Shown here piece by piece: positions 14,601 to 29,600 of a DNA stretch of 64,000 nucleotides (the stretch's first letter is position 1; every line of letters begins with the position of its first letter). The notes under the pieces are model-generated. The model was not told where the DNA came from and did no database searches. It saw nothing but the letters and a program-made list of their open reading frames with translations. Made by a program: the position numbers and the translations under genes. The stretch comes from Tubiluchus corallicola (lineage: Eukaryota > Animalia > Priapulida): NCBI GenBank assembly GCA_030141605.1, contig JAQGDQ010000083.1, forward strand, positions 62,001-126,000. The letters are read 5' to 3'.

Positions 14601-17600
14601 TTTGGCAGGTGGCAGCATAGAAATGTGCGATATCTCTAAATTATTACCTTGCTGGCTGGCAATAGGACAATGCGTAATACGTGTGTCATGGCATTATTTC
14701 TCTGGTCATTGACATCAGGGAAGTGAGAGACATATATAGGAGGTCGGAACAACAAAAAATGTACTACATGTGCCTCGGTATTATTTCCTTGGTGATTGGT
14801 AGTAAGACAATGCATGATACATGCACCTTAGCATTATTTCTCTGGTGGTTGGGAGCAGGAAAGGCAATATTTGTCTGGTGATTGGTGGCAGCGAAATGTA
14901 CGATACATGTCTTCGCATTATTTCTCTGACAGCTGGAAGCAAGCAAATGTATGATATGCACATTTTGTCCTTGGTGGCTAGCAGAAGATTGATTGTGCAA
15001 ATGCGAGAAAAGTAGCGATGACCTACCTTACTCAACAGGTTAAAACTAACTAAAAAGGCCTAATATAATCCCGGTTATAGCAGTTAAATGCTTCACTCAT
15101 CCAGCTGTTATAAAGTCAGCCAGTAGAGCGGTGAAGTACATTAGTTCCGCGTACGGCAAGTCGTATGGCCAGAACTGAACGGTCATAATGCAAACGTGAA
15201 ATACTGGAAGCAACTAATAAAAGGTTATATATCATCTAGAAGATAGTTAGTTTTAAAAGCATACAATCTGCTATTGTTACCTGTGCATTCCTGTAAAACT
15301 TGCAGCCAATGTTTGAAACATCACATTGCATTGAACAACATTCACAACAACATTTACCGAACATTTACCCATAAACCAATACACACAAACAAGAAAAGTG
15401 AACTTACATTCTGTTTTAAATGTGAAATACTCTGTGAGGTGTCTACACTCATGGTTTCCCCTTAGCAGGAATAATGTGGTAGGGTAAAGCAGTTTCAGCG
15501 CCCATAGATAAACTACACACTGAAATGAAAAATAACTTTGTCTGTCACAAAATATTTTTTCATAGTACGAAAAAAGTGAACATTGTAAGATTTCAGCCAA
15601 CCTACTTAAGCAGAATTTGTATAGCCTACTCAGTTTATATATACAATTTAAATGTTTAACAAATGTACAATGCCCAATGTTACATTCAGGTAACATCTAG
15701 AGTAGCACATAGTTCCAAGACCCTATGCTGAAGTTAAATGCTTGCAGCAGTTCAGTTGAATATGCATCATGTTCATCAGTAGAGTTTAAACATTCAAACT
15801 TCGTATAACTTCATTCAAAAGAATTTTGTTTTTATTCAATATATTCAACCTGTACTAGAGCTTGTTGGAACACAGCGTGTGCGACAATTGATTTTGTGAT
15901 CTTATTTCAATGGTCATTATTTGCATAATTAAAGTTTTTTAGAGGTACTATAACAAAAGCCAGATAACAGACACTCCAGTATAAAAATTTACAGGAGTCA
16001 GAACAGTATACCGGACCAGGCTGTCTGAAAGTTCATCAATCAATCTGAATACTAAATTTTATTACAATGAATGTTTATACACTAAACAAAATGTTGACAC
16101 AAAGCATGTGTTCAATGTATGTGTACTCCATGGGCGAAAAGTGCACTGTGCCTTGTGCACTGAACTGCGAACTGAATAACCAAACTGATATATTTACCAA
16201 AATGTGGTAGTAATTTTAAAAATTACGAAATGGTTAAAAGAAAAATATTTCACTGAAAAAATATAACTTTACATAATGCTGCTAGTTTGCAAGCCATACT
16301 AAACAATAATTAAGTACATAGTATAAAGTTAGAAAATTATGCTTCAAGGTACAAATCGTTCATAATATATGTAGCTTAAGACTTAGGTGGACCCATCTAC
16401 TATATTCGAAGAGTATCCTATTGTAAAGGAAGGAAATCACTTAATGTAAATGATATTTACCTGATGCACTGGTTAGCACAGCAATCAAGGTATGTTGTTT
16501 GACTATCTTTAAAGAGTCGGACGTATTCGTAAGGGGCCAAAGCAAATGCGATGTGGGGATTACTTAGCTGTTATTTAAACGGTTTGGATCACTTTTTATA
16601 TGCCCTACCATTTTAACTAGTGCTGTTCTAAACTTTGTATCCTTAACTGAAGATAAAATTCATCAGCTAAAGAATATTCCACAATTATGCTTCAAAACCA
16701 TTTTCAAGTTATGGCATGTAAGATACTTGGATTGACTGTTCTATGTATGTGAGATTTTCAGTTTTCTTATAACACTACTAAAATTTACTAGTTTTGTATT
16801 GTGCATGGATAAACACAAATAAATAAAACAATATTGAAAAGATGTAAAACTTTATTTGCTTGAAATTTTTACTTTCATTTGATATGTGAAACTAAGTATC
16901 AGGGAGTTGTTTTACATTTTGATCTAGCAGAAACATTACAATGGGTCCACCACTGCTAATAATTTAGATGAATAATCACAATCATTAGGAGTTCAGACAA
17001 TAAAATGAACAATGAGAACTTGAGAAAACTACCTGGCAGAAAAATAACTGTATACCGATGACATGGAGACATTTTAAAGCAATTTAAATGTTTTTAAATT
17101 CTGAATAAAACTGTCCCAGTGTTAGTATTGTAACTATCTGCGAATGTAAGAAACTCCGCGTGTGTTTGACAACGAGTACTCAAGTACCACTTACATTATC
17201 CTCAATGAAAATTGCATCAACGATGCAATGTTAATAAAGAATTTGATACAATGAGGCTGTCACTTCAAACATTAAGAATTACCCAACAAACAAACTGACA
17301 CAGGAAAGAATAAAACCGATACATGCGCTTAAAAAAGAAATTTCAAATTACATCCTACTTTGATGTAAATATTAGAGCGCTGAAAATATATGATGTTTAT
17401 ATTAAAGTGCCTTTACATGTCTAACTCAAGCTTAGAAACAGACAATTCTACTTCTGAGATAATTTCACAGCAGGACAGTGATTATTACAGTAAACAGCAA
17501 ATTACATATGGTATCACCATTATCTAACGTAAGGTGGAATAATTTTATTTTGAAAACTGCATGCATGTTTTTTAAATAAATATGCTTTTTTAAATCTTTT

Positions 17601-20600
17601 AAAACCAAAAGTTATTTTAACTAAATTTAACAAAATTAGATGCCAATATGAACAATTCTTCAGTGGTTATGTAGGCTTATTGCACTTTAGTCATGTGATT
17701 TTACACATTTTTTGTAGCTTGTCGCAATAAGGGAAAATGTTTAGAGATGTTGCTTACTAAAACATTTATTAAGTTTTATTCATAATAATTTAATTGGCAA
17801 GAGGTGGAAAAATTACACTAAGTAATTTGCATTTTGCTCTAATTTGAAGTGGCTGAATTTTGAAGAATGCTTAATCAGTGATTCAAGTGCTGACAGCTGT
17901 GAAGGTTCGGGGTGTCTGACTCGATAGTCCACATGCTTTTTACAACCCTTCATCTAAATACTACTTTCATAACTAAATGATACTGTTGGTGGTTAGACCT
18001 TTTGTTTCATTCTTACTTTAATATTTATCTGATATTTCTTATCATACTCAGAAATTTGGCCTCATTTGTCTTATATTTCTTAGTGTAAAGCTCAAGATTT
18101 GCATTATGCAGCTTTTCTGTCACATCTGGCACTGGAATAAATAAATTATTTTGTAATGACTAACACACGTTCAATTAACACATGTATATAATTCATTAAG
18201 CATCACTTTCTCATACATACCTCTATACTAAAATATCCCCTATCAACATAATCACCAAGAAAAAGATACCGCGTCGATGAGGGTGGACCACCCACTTCAA
18301 ACAGTTTCATAAGGTCATAGAACTGACCGTGAATATCACCACAAACTGAAAAAGAAGAAAAAGGTCAGTAAAAAGCATGCAATCAAAATGTCTCAGAATA
18401 GTACCCATAGCTAACACATCAAAAAATTGGCAACAATTTAACTAACGCTTATATAAAATAGGCCTAAAAATTTAATTAAATTCAACTTTGTTTACTTTGT
18501 TAATTAATAATGTACGCAGAAATGAAAAGACAAGAAACCGTAATGACCCTTGAGTCAAACTAACTTTAATTCTGGCGACGTTAGTTTGCATGAAATAACA
18601 AACAGTGATCAATACAATGGCTGAAAAGGCAAAAACGTAAGAAAAACGTAAGAAACAATATTAGCCTATTACCATCTTGAAAACTTTTATATACAAATAC
18701 AAAAATGGTGATTATTGAAAGAAAACAATGCAAAAATTTAGGATAAACTAAATAAGAAACAATAGGTGAATTAATATGTTAGGATAAAAATAAATAAGAA
18801 GCAATAGGTGAATTAATATGTTCATAGTATATCTCTTCAGGTAGTCATCATACCTTAAAAACAATCAGACTACTTTAAAATATATTGGGCATTCAGAGCT
18901 CGGTAATGGAGAAAACATTGCCTATAATTATATTTGAAGGAATTTGCTAAATGTGAAAATTGTGTTATACATGTAAAATAAATATTACTATTTTGTGGAA
19001 AGTTACTGTTCTGAGCCTGTGCAAGCAAAATATATATGGCAATTCACGGTTTATTGAGCTTTATGCTTTTGATACTTCAATACACATTTAATGTCATAAT
19101 AGAAACCTTTAGGATATTTGGCATAACAACATAACGCACTGCTGTCAAATTCCAAATCATCAGCAATTTCGACAAACAATAAACGACCTCAATGTTATCA
19201 ATATGATATATACAAATATTACAATAATCAGCAAGAGCGTATAGTGTCTACAGACTGCGCTCTCAATGTTTGATCATTCCCAGCAAGTTATACAATTACC
19301 AAGCAATTCAATAACCGTGTACGTGCAATTGCCTCAATCCATATCTTCGTTAATGAGTGCAAGCAGCATCCGCATGACAGCGCGGATGCGAATAAAAACA
19401 GTGTTTTTTTAGATTTGCTTGCATAAACACGGGGAAAAACGCTGAAGCTGCTGTAGGGCAGCCAACAACTAACAGGGCAACATGGACAATCGATTACACA
19501 GCAACCACCTAAATGAATTAACATGAAAGGAGGCAGCTTGTATGGAGCTCAATATAAAACTATATCTATTAAACAAAACGAAAAGTGTCACGTTTGTTTT
19601 CATCAAGCCATTGAAATCGAAATATTATAACGACATATTTTCTCCTAAGGTCATTTGTTGAACACTCTTCATGTTTTTAGGATTACATAGACCCGGTGGT
19701 AAACAGTTGATACACGCTGCTAGCTAGGGAGATAGAGATCGGTTAAATAATAAAAAAATGAAAATTCATACCAGATTAATAGTATGTACGGACCCTTATC
19801 ATGAGCTTAGGCCAAGATGGATAACATAAATTTAGATATATCATGATTATTTATCTACAGATTCAATAAGGATTGTGTCTATAGTCTACACAGGTTGTAG
19901 ACCTGCCACAAGAGGTTGTACTTTGCGAGTACAATGAAACAGTACAGTTGAATTACAGGTATTCTATACGAAAATCCTGAAACCCACAAGTGGACATTTG
20001 AAAAAACTCTTCCCAAGCTACTGAAGATTCCAAGATGGAAAACTGAAGATTGCACAATGAAAAAGACAATTTTAATCCAGGGTGCAAACAAACAAACCTA
20101 CAGGAAATGAAGACATGTGCAGGGAGATTCTAGCCTGGATCTGGTATAGTACACGAACACACTGTCCAGTATTACAGGAGCTGGGAAAGCAAATATTGAT
20201 CCAAGACTCTTATTACAGCAGGCGCAGGCTTCATTCTCTTGACTATACGCCATAGAACATGGCTTCATGTAGAATTATCACTGAGCCAGGGAGCAGAAGC
20301 ACAGCGCGAGTTTGTTCTGCCGACAATGGCCATTATTCAATTTCAAGGTGCATTTCTATCCCACGCTCCTCTGCGCTTTAGAGTGGAAGAGTAACTGTGT
20401 TTATTTCTGGCCATTATTCGTTAACAATCAGTTTCACTAACAGTCATTGGCATAAAAGGCTTTATATTATTTCGTCATAAAATGAAACAATATAAATTTA
20501 TTTATGCTGAAGGCGATACAATAATTACAATAACTAACAACTGTTTGCTGACTTGTCATTTAGTCCATACACGCCGTTAGTTATGTGTTTCATAATAAAG

Positions 20601-23600
20601 CTTTGGAAGTACGATTTTTATGTATTAACTTTACAAGAAAACATTCACACACCAGAAGAACGATGAAATTATCACATAATCTCAATGTTTTTGCATCTGT
20701 AATGCACCGATATTGGTGTTTAAGTGAGTAACGGTTATCTAATATAATATAATTTAATTACTATAATTTACCAAAACTATGCTATATTTTTCGAATGAAC
20801 GAGTTAATGAAATAAAATGAATTAAAATCTAATTTCCAGGAGATTCTGCATAAGTTAATTGCGACTGATTATACATGTGCTGTCACTACTAATACAGTGA
20901 TAAGTGAAATAATGATTAACATCTAAAAAAGTTATTAATTGTGGTAAATGCTAGGGCCGGCCACAAAAAAATTGTGAAAAAATCTCTTTCAAACAAAATT
21001 TTTTTATTAAAGCTTTGTGAATGTTTAAAGCTGAGTCGTGGAATATTTAAAATCAGTTGAAATCAAAGTTTGTTTATTTCCCACTCGTTAGCAGTAATGT
21101 TTTAAATTTTTCAATGCACAATTTTTCATGCCTTGCTTTTTAGTTTCGCAATACTAAATTATCATACAATTATCGATTATTGTATAGTCTCTTTTTTGTA
21201 TCATGAACGTGTATGTTCTGTTAATTATGGTATAAGTGGCAACACTACTTTAATCACATATTTGTATTGTGTATGGAGATTTAGAGGTAAACAAATAATT
21301 GCAAAAGCAATGTTTTTTGTGGACATAAGGTGGTGGTGCTAATTACAAACATAACTTTGCCCAAAGGAATAGCATCACAAAGGTTTAATTGTAATTTGCG
21401 ATTATGAATTTTATATATGTAATGTAACTGTAAATCTGTATAATCAATCATATTTAATTATACTGTACGTAATCGACACCTTAGCACGTGTCTCACGCTC
21501 AGACTCTGTCATAATGGTAATAAGAAGAGCTCTAATAACAAAGGTGAAGCAAGGTGACACTTGTACCTTGCTTGGCTTGTGGATAATATAGTAAGCGTTT
21601 ACTGGGAAATTACTGCTTACCTGTAACTGGAGCTTCTACATCTATCATTGTTTTTTCAGCTCGTAATAATGCGGCACCATCATTTATAATTTTAAGAGCT
21701 ACTGCTTCCTCTACTCGACCCTCTAAAATAAAGTGTTGCTTCATAACTTCCATGCGAGGCTTCCCTTTTGCGTCGAACACCTCTGACATTGTGAGCCGAT
21801 GTGATGGTGGGAAAGGCACACCTAAAAAGAAAAGCATCATATAGGCTCATAGTATACTTACTAATGTACTACTTTACAAAATACAAAATACAAGGAGAAA
21901 AATGTGCAATTCAGGCATAATGACTGGACAATCGTAAAAAGTGGGTTTCTCCAATCAAGCAATGTAAAACTATACGATTTTTATGTACCATTAGCCCACA
22001 ATATCACTTATGCTGGACTAATTTTAAGTCTAATAAACCAGAAATTCACTGATTAATCTCTAAACTCTGCACAGTCGACATGAGAACATAAAGTAGACCT
22101 AGAGAGCAATACTATTTAATTTCTGGGTGATTTCAAAACATCGCTGATCTTACTTTCGTATGATGTATTAAGAGCTTTCCCATGAACAAGTCCAATACAC
22201 AAATAGCTTTTGCTGTTTCGCATCGCCTGCTCTGCTCTTGAAATTGCCCAAATTTTTTGCAAACTATCTGCAGTCTTAATACAAAACAGAACTTTTTCAG
22301 CTAATCCCTGATAACTGGGGAATACTCTTTTCTAGGATTATTGCAGTTGCGCAAGTGTGAAGATTTTGGAACGCTAATTATGCGTAAGAAAAAGAAGATC
22401 CTATCTTGAATGCGATGTGACAAAACAGGTCAAAGTGCACTGCAGTACGCTGCAATAAGCTATTAAGCGATGTTTGCAGAACACTAGCAACAATTTTGTA
22501 AATCACTGTTTTATCTAATGTTTTGATAAGAGTAAATGAGAGTGGAGTTCAAATACACATGCAGTCTTGTTCAGCCAGAACTGCACGTATTAACGGGAAA
22601 CCTGGCAAGTGATTTATAAAGAAAGCTTGTAACCGTATTTTTAATTTAGACGTGAACTTTGGTTATTGGAACGAACGTGCACAAGTTACGAGTATTACAT
22701 GCCAGCAATCGTAATTTTGCCTTTATAAATGCCAAACATAGGTTGGTGCATAGTTTTTCTTAATTTATCCAAGCTAAGCAATTTTTAGCTAACGTTAGCG
22801 TTCATCGAGGAAAAATGTATACATGATATGCATGTATACAAAACATGACTAATACACCTAACTGTTGATATTACTAGCTACTGGTTCTTCCACAACTACA
22901 AAATTAGAAGCATTATGATGAGCGCAGGATACCAGAATGCAGGGTCAACTAGAGTCAGACACGTGTTTCATTATTACTGGTGAAAAAAATGATAATTCAC
23001 CCGATAAATCACTAGCAGATATAATTAGATTGTTGAATTTTTCACATTTCCAGTATTTCGGGTGCCTTGATTTAATAAATAAATATTTACAAAATTATGG
23101 GGCTTGTGCACTGGATCATTGGAACGATTGCATTAGAATTAGGCGCATAAATGTTTAATTTTGGACATGCCTCCAACCTTATACATCTGGTGATGGCCTC
23201 AAAGACCCCTGCTATTTATGTACAGCATAATGGTCACACAGACAACAGTTCTCTTCGAGCCAATAACAATAAGCTGAAACTACAGTAGTGATTTATTGAT
23301 AACAGGTAGCGTTCGGCACAGAGCAGCATCATATTGATCCATCACGCACATGCACGCAAAAGATGTGGGAGGACGGAAATAAGCAGTCAAGATGTGGGGC
23401 AGCGATTATGGCTTCTCTATTGCACTGAACGCTCGCACCCTGAACTGGGCTTCACTTTGCTTGTTACCTACGATTTCTGAAAATACCCAAATCCAGATAT
23501 AGTAATATTTAATTAATTAGTGGCAGTGTGGTGCATAGCAGTAGGTCCTTGAAATTATCTATAAATATGCTGACGAATGTCTTACGCAATAGAAGCAACA

Positions 23601-26600
23601 GCTGTTAACATTATCTTACATGCACTGCTTAACAAAATTAGGGTGATTATGCACAATTAATTCTACGACGCTTAAACAGACTTTGAATGACGCACGTGTT
23701 TACGCAAAACATTTGTGCAGTCCTTCACTAGTCCTTTTCAATTAAATTACCTTAGATGGTAGGGCAAACCTACCAGTAAGGTTCTATGTGAATTTGGAGA
23801 CACTCATGACATTCTACACCTATCAAAACATGCAAATATACAATGAAAAAGTTCTCGAAAAGAAAAGCTGAAGCTGAACTGTGTGGCGTCATAAGTCAAA
23901 ATGAATGTTTTATGGACTACTAGCGTGGTAGATAAAAGTGGCGTTTGATGGAGAATGTCCAAAGAATACCTTCTAATATATCACGCATGTAAATTCTTCC
24001 AATAAACGGTTGAACTGGGTTTAATCTGTAGGGCTTCTATAAGTCACTATATATTTTGATTTTTTGTCCAATCTTGGTAAGCTCTTACTCGAATCAAAAA
24101 GGGTCTAGGGCAATTTTTATTGAGTTTTTGACCGGAACTCCGTTGCTATGGCGACGACAGTAGCGTTAGAAATGACGTCAAAATTTCAGCGGAAATTTAG
24201 AGCACCACATCGGCAGTGCACTAAAAACAATGTAGTTTTTCAACAAGGTGCAGCCCTTCCTCACAACTCAGGGGCTGTGAGAGACTTCTTCAATGCAAGA
24301 TGCCCCACTTGCCACAGTAACGTTCTCTAAAACTCTTGAAGTCCTTGAAGAAGGTGGCTAAAATAGAAAAAACCTACTCGAGCAGTAGTCTTTTCAGATT
24401 ATCGTCTAATTTGCCTAAAAGAATTTCTCAAGGTTTCAGTTCATCAGTATGAATTACTTTCAAAGATTTTGCTTTGCTTATTGAAAAATACAGGAAATGT
24501 AAAGTGTTATAGTGATTTCTGAGACACCCTGTACAAAAAATATTGTGGAAAGTAAGCATTTGAATTAATATTATACTACCTGAAATCTTGCAATGAGACA
24601 AGCAAAACTGCACGAATTTGCTCTATATGAGACTCAGAAGTTAGTTGAAGGGTCGTTTTCCATGCTTAGTGTTATCACTAAGATTCACTACAAACATTTC
24701 ACTATTTAATAAATTTTATAGAGAACATATAGACAGTAGTCTGTACAGTATTAACTATGATCCTGGTGACAATGAGCGCGCTCTACCTGAAATGATTCGC
24801 TACATCGAGACTGCTACCCGCTATGAGTGCCAGAAAACTTAACATGTTCGTAAACGTTTAGTAAAACTTCAGCAAAAGCTAAATCATACAATTGAACTAA
24901 GTTCACTAGGCGCTTTCAGGGGCTGCTTCTATGTGGTGTCGACCAGTATTATATTGTACATTTTGCCTTTTAGTTTCGTAACTTTTTTATCATTCTGTTT
25001 ATCAACCTAACGAATTCTAGTTGGCAGACACTGGCATTTGAACAACACTATGTTCCACACTAGGGGTGAGCATCGAACGTTTGAGTGCGAACGAGTTTTT
25101 TAGTTCGAATTCGTTTCGAACCTAAAACAATAGATTCAAATAATTCAGCACTTCAACCACATGCGTTCTTTATCATTAAAATGTTTGAAACACCATGCAA
25201 TTAGCATAATTTAGCTGTGATTTCTGTGCACAATTTTTTAGACACATTATTAGTGGTTTTACTGTAGAACAAAGTCGAGTAATATGCATGATCTTTGTAA
25301 AACTAATTTTTACTGGTGGTTCGAAAACTGGTTCGAAAATCATTCAATCTCAATTTGAAATCGAAATAATGAAGTTCGGTTCAATTCGAATTAGAAAGTC
25401 ACAAATTCGATTCGATTCGATTCGAATTCGCTTTCTGGTAGAGAATGCTCACCCCTATTCCAACACTACATTTACCCATTTTTAGCAACTATAATTATGG
25501 ACTTTCTGCTTCCATTATTTGTTAATCACCTCCGCCAACTTTCGAAAAAAATTTCTTTGTGTAACAAGGTGTTTTTTGAAATAAAAGAGGCAATCACGCT
25601 AACACGACCACAAGACCAGCCTTATTGCATTATTCAGACAGTGAATAAAATGCAAGGCAAACAAAAATACAGTTCCTTGACACACGGAAAGCTTTCCGAG
25701 TCTCATGCGCAGTTATGAGGAAGCTGTGATCAGTTCCAAATATAGTTTCTCCAGCAGCTGGAATATGAAGCCATGCATTACAGAACTGTGTCTTTTCGCG
25801 CCAATTACTGGGTCAGTTGGGCTTCCCTTTCCAAGTGCTAAACTTAGGTGCTTTAAACTATAAAGCCTAGAACCCGCTCTTGACCGCAAAAGAAAACAAA
25901 CAAAGCTCCAAGATAAACTGCCAATACAATACCGACTGGACTACTTAAGTAGCATCTCCTACGAAAATACAGACTGGGCTTTTTTAAATTAATTATTTCG
26001 ACTTCTTTCAGAAACAGATTTACAAGCAGTATTTGATTTAGTACCATAAGCCTCTTAAGTTGTGGGACAACGTGGGACATCAGTCATCTTTCTGCAATCC
26101 ACACTCGTTCCCATTAAGAGATACCCGTATATATTCTACACTTTTTTTACCCTTTCAGTTTCAGTCTTCAGATGAAAAATATTAGCATTCTGTAAGTGGG
26201 CCATTCTCCACAGAACGTACAATTTTTGTCCCAGGATAATTTTTTTAAATAACAAAGTTTCTGGTGCAATACTGTCTCATGACTGGTAGACACCAAAGAA
26301 ACTTATTCCAGTTGTATTTGTTGCCAGAAAAGTGATTTGGACATTTCTATTGAAGCTGAAATCAGTTCCTGTGAAAGTTTTTCCTATGTCCCCAGTGCCC
26401 ATTTTCAACTTTTCTAGATAGATTTGGCAGAAAGTATCCGTTTAAAAACTAATTTGCAGTATTTTATTCTAAACAGCACACTAAAGGTGAAACTCCTCTT
26501 CCCAAATACTTTCAGAACTAGCAAATATTTGTGTTGTTTAATTTCACGTGTGTCTCCAAGTTCAACGACATTCCTGTTACTTTGGTGGAAAAGCTGAGGC

Positions 26601-29600
26601 ATGTACCACTGATTGACTCTATTGTTTTAAATATTTGTTAGTAGAGAGCACCACCTATTGTGATTTGGCAAACTTTTTAACGGTGGCTTCTCCAATATTT
26701 TTTTAAGTTTTCTGACAAAAGTTTGGGTTCATTGTTTCTGGATATGTTAATTCATGATCATTACTGTTATATATCCCGTTATTAGAAAACAGAACATAAA
26801 ATGCTTATAATCATGCCTGGTTAATTTTAGTACTTTACTGTGTTGAATCTAATTATTTGGAAAGGGTGAAGTAGGATAGTTAGCCCGTGTGAGCAGGTTT
26901 TTTTCCTTGACAGTCATTCCTGTTACTGTCACTCCTGTTATAATCGTTCAAGTTACAGGAGTGACAACAAAGTAACAGCAATGACACGTAAGAAGATATC
27001 TTGATATTTCAGAGTAGTATTGTGTAGTAGCAGAGAGACCATCTGGCTTATAGAAAGGAAACTAGCACAACATGAAGTTTCTGCTTTTCACAGTTTAAAC
27101 AATGGCATGGGTAGATTAGCCAATAGATGTACCTGTAGAAGACAAAGGCATTTATAATTTAATATTTTCTTATGGCGTTCCATTAGCAGCTGCGATAATG
27201 TACGTGCAGTTTGAGTTTCAACAAGATTACTGTTCCTGTGATTTTTCTTAAAACAAATCTGTTTTTGGCCAAATCTGTTCTGACCTATTTCATAAACAAT
27301 CCATTATATAATGAATATTAGTAAATTTACATTAGAGAAATCCAACGTTTCCAGCTAGGAACATCACTAAAGAAACACGTAGTTGAATCTGCCTTAATTG
27401 TAAAAACTTAGCTTTAAATAAAAATCACACACGCATGCACGCACACACATGCACGCGCGCACACGCACACACACATATATAATATATATATTAAAGAATT
27501 ATCATTCTATATTATATTAATGATAGATTACATTTTCTGTTTTTCTCCTCTATGATTATTGTTTTCATAGATACCCTTAGTTTTGCTATAATGCTTTTGT
27601 TTTGTTTCGAATTTTAATGCCTCATAATATACTCCTGACAAAGATTGCTAGAGCATAGCAGAAACGACGGATTTTCAAATTAAAATTTATTATATAGTGA
27701 GTTTTTTATGGATATTGTTCTTTTTATAAAAAATTTAAAAGCTGTATTTTTTCTGTTCTTGTCAAACAGTTACGAAGATTTAATAAAACACTTGTTGTTG
27801 CTTATATAGTGTGTATATGTGTCATTCTTGTTGTACTGTTACCTCACTAGTCATTGCTGTTACCTTGTCATTCCTGTTATTGCCCAAAATTTCTCTATAG
27901 TTCTGAAACAGAATCTTCTTCTGAGCAATGAAGTGTCACATCTCATTTATTTTTATTACCATTACATTTCTACAATGTGATATGTTTTCGTCCTTCCTCG
28001 TAAATGAGCTACGTCCATTCAAGATGCATGACAGATGCAAACACTGCCTAACAAACGTGAAAACCAGTTCAACTTATAAAAAGGTTGCATTTGTACAAAA
28101 ATATGACCAGATTTTTATAGCAAGGGACAAAAATATATTTTATGAGACCATTCGTTTATGACACTGCTTGATGTTTATAGGTTGTATTGCACACCTCTTG
28201 TCTGTAACAGTAATGACAAAAGTAATTATTCGGATAACTTTAAAATGGTTATAGTAAATTTTTACAAGTGTTTTAATTTAAGCTCTGACAGTATCCTTTT
28301 TGTATACAAGGGAACCTTATTAATAACAGGGCAGAGTAGTTTTAAGAACATCTTTCCAGTCCTTTGGCAGATTTTTTTCACATCTGTTTTGCACGTTCGG
28401 TAGAGAATAGACATAAAATAAATTTCTGGAAAGTTCTGGATATGATATCCTCAAACAGTCTACTATGAAACTATAACTGCAGTAAAATGCAAAATGATGG
28501 TAAGGAAACTTGTGCTGTCAGAATACAGACGTATGCATATGATGGTAAATTCGTAAAGATTATCATTTTAATCTCAAAACAAAACATACATAACTTGCAG
28601 GAAAATAAAAAAATATAATTTGCACTTTTTTGCATTTTATAATATTAAACTCAAACTAAATTAAAAAATCAAGAAGATTCTGCTATAAGCAGAATCTTAA
28701 CTAAAGTAACTTAAGTAAAGGGACATAGTTGCCATGACGAGGTCGATATATTCTGAGACAATTTCAAAGATGTATATTCTCCAATGACACTTAAAATGAT
28801 ACTAAATTTCTAATTTGGCCAGAATTCTAATTTGAATTTTTAATAGAAGAAACTTTAAACGTGTCCGAGTTACAATGCGTGTGGATTTAAAAACTTAAAA
28901 CTTCAAACAAAGATCTAAATTCAGATACAGGTATACTTGAAGGCTTTGAAAAACCACAGACTACCATCATATCCTGCGGGTTTACGTACATGGAGGCTGT
29001 CACAAAAATATGTTTTCTGCATAACATATGTTAGTGATTGTTGTTATCTGATGCTTATAATGAATCATAATTCACTTAGTTGTCACTCGATCACGTACAC
29101 TTGAGCGATAGTTACAGAACTTTGCTATACACAAATCTTCAAGAAAGCTGTGCCAACTGACCCCAAAATTTACAGTATGTATACGAGGTTGAACCATGCC
29201 CTACAGTTGTAAGACGTTTCAACTTTTTAGATTACTCGGGAGCGAGCGAAAGTGGTAACAGACTGACAGACAAAGAGACAGATAGATGTTTAGGACCGAA
29301 ACTTCTGTAGTCGGCTCCGCGCTTGAAAGATGCCCTTCCACTGCGCGAGGTGATATCCTTCAATGTTACTTGACGGTTAATTACGTAAAAAAATGGCCAG
29401 ATACTGATAAACGTACAGATACATATAGACGTATAGAAAGTATAGACATCTAGAGACGCATGACGTACAGATACAAACAAACATATATGACCAATAAACC
29501 TATAGTCGCGGTACGCAGCTTATTATAGCGATAAAAATATTCTTATTATACCGTATAATTGTTATGCGTCAAAAGTTCAAAACTACACCGATTGATTGAA

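Noticed and set aside
13705-14990. CRISPR-like array or repeat-protein ORFs
   Set aside because: No unique spacers, degenerate contiguous units, no cas genes, eukaryotic intron; a 53-nt period breaks the reading frame.
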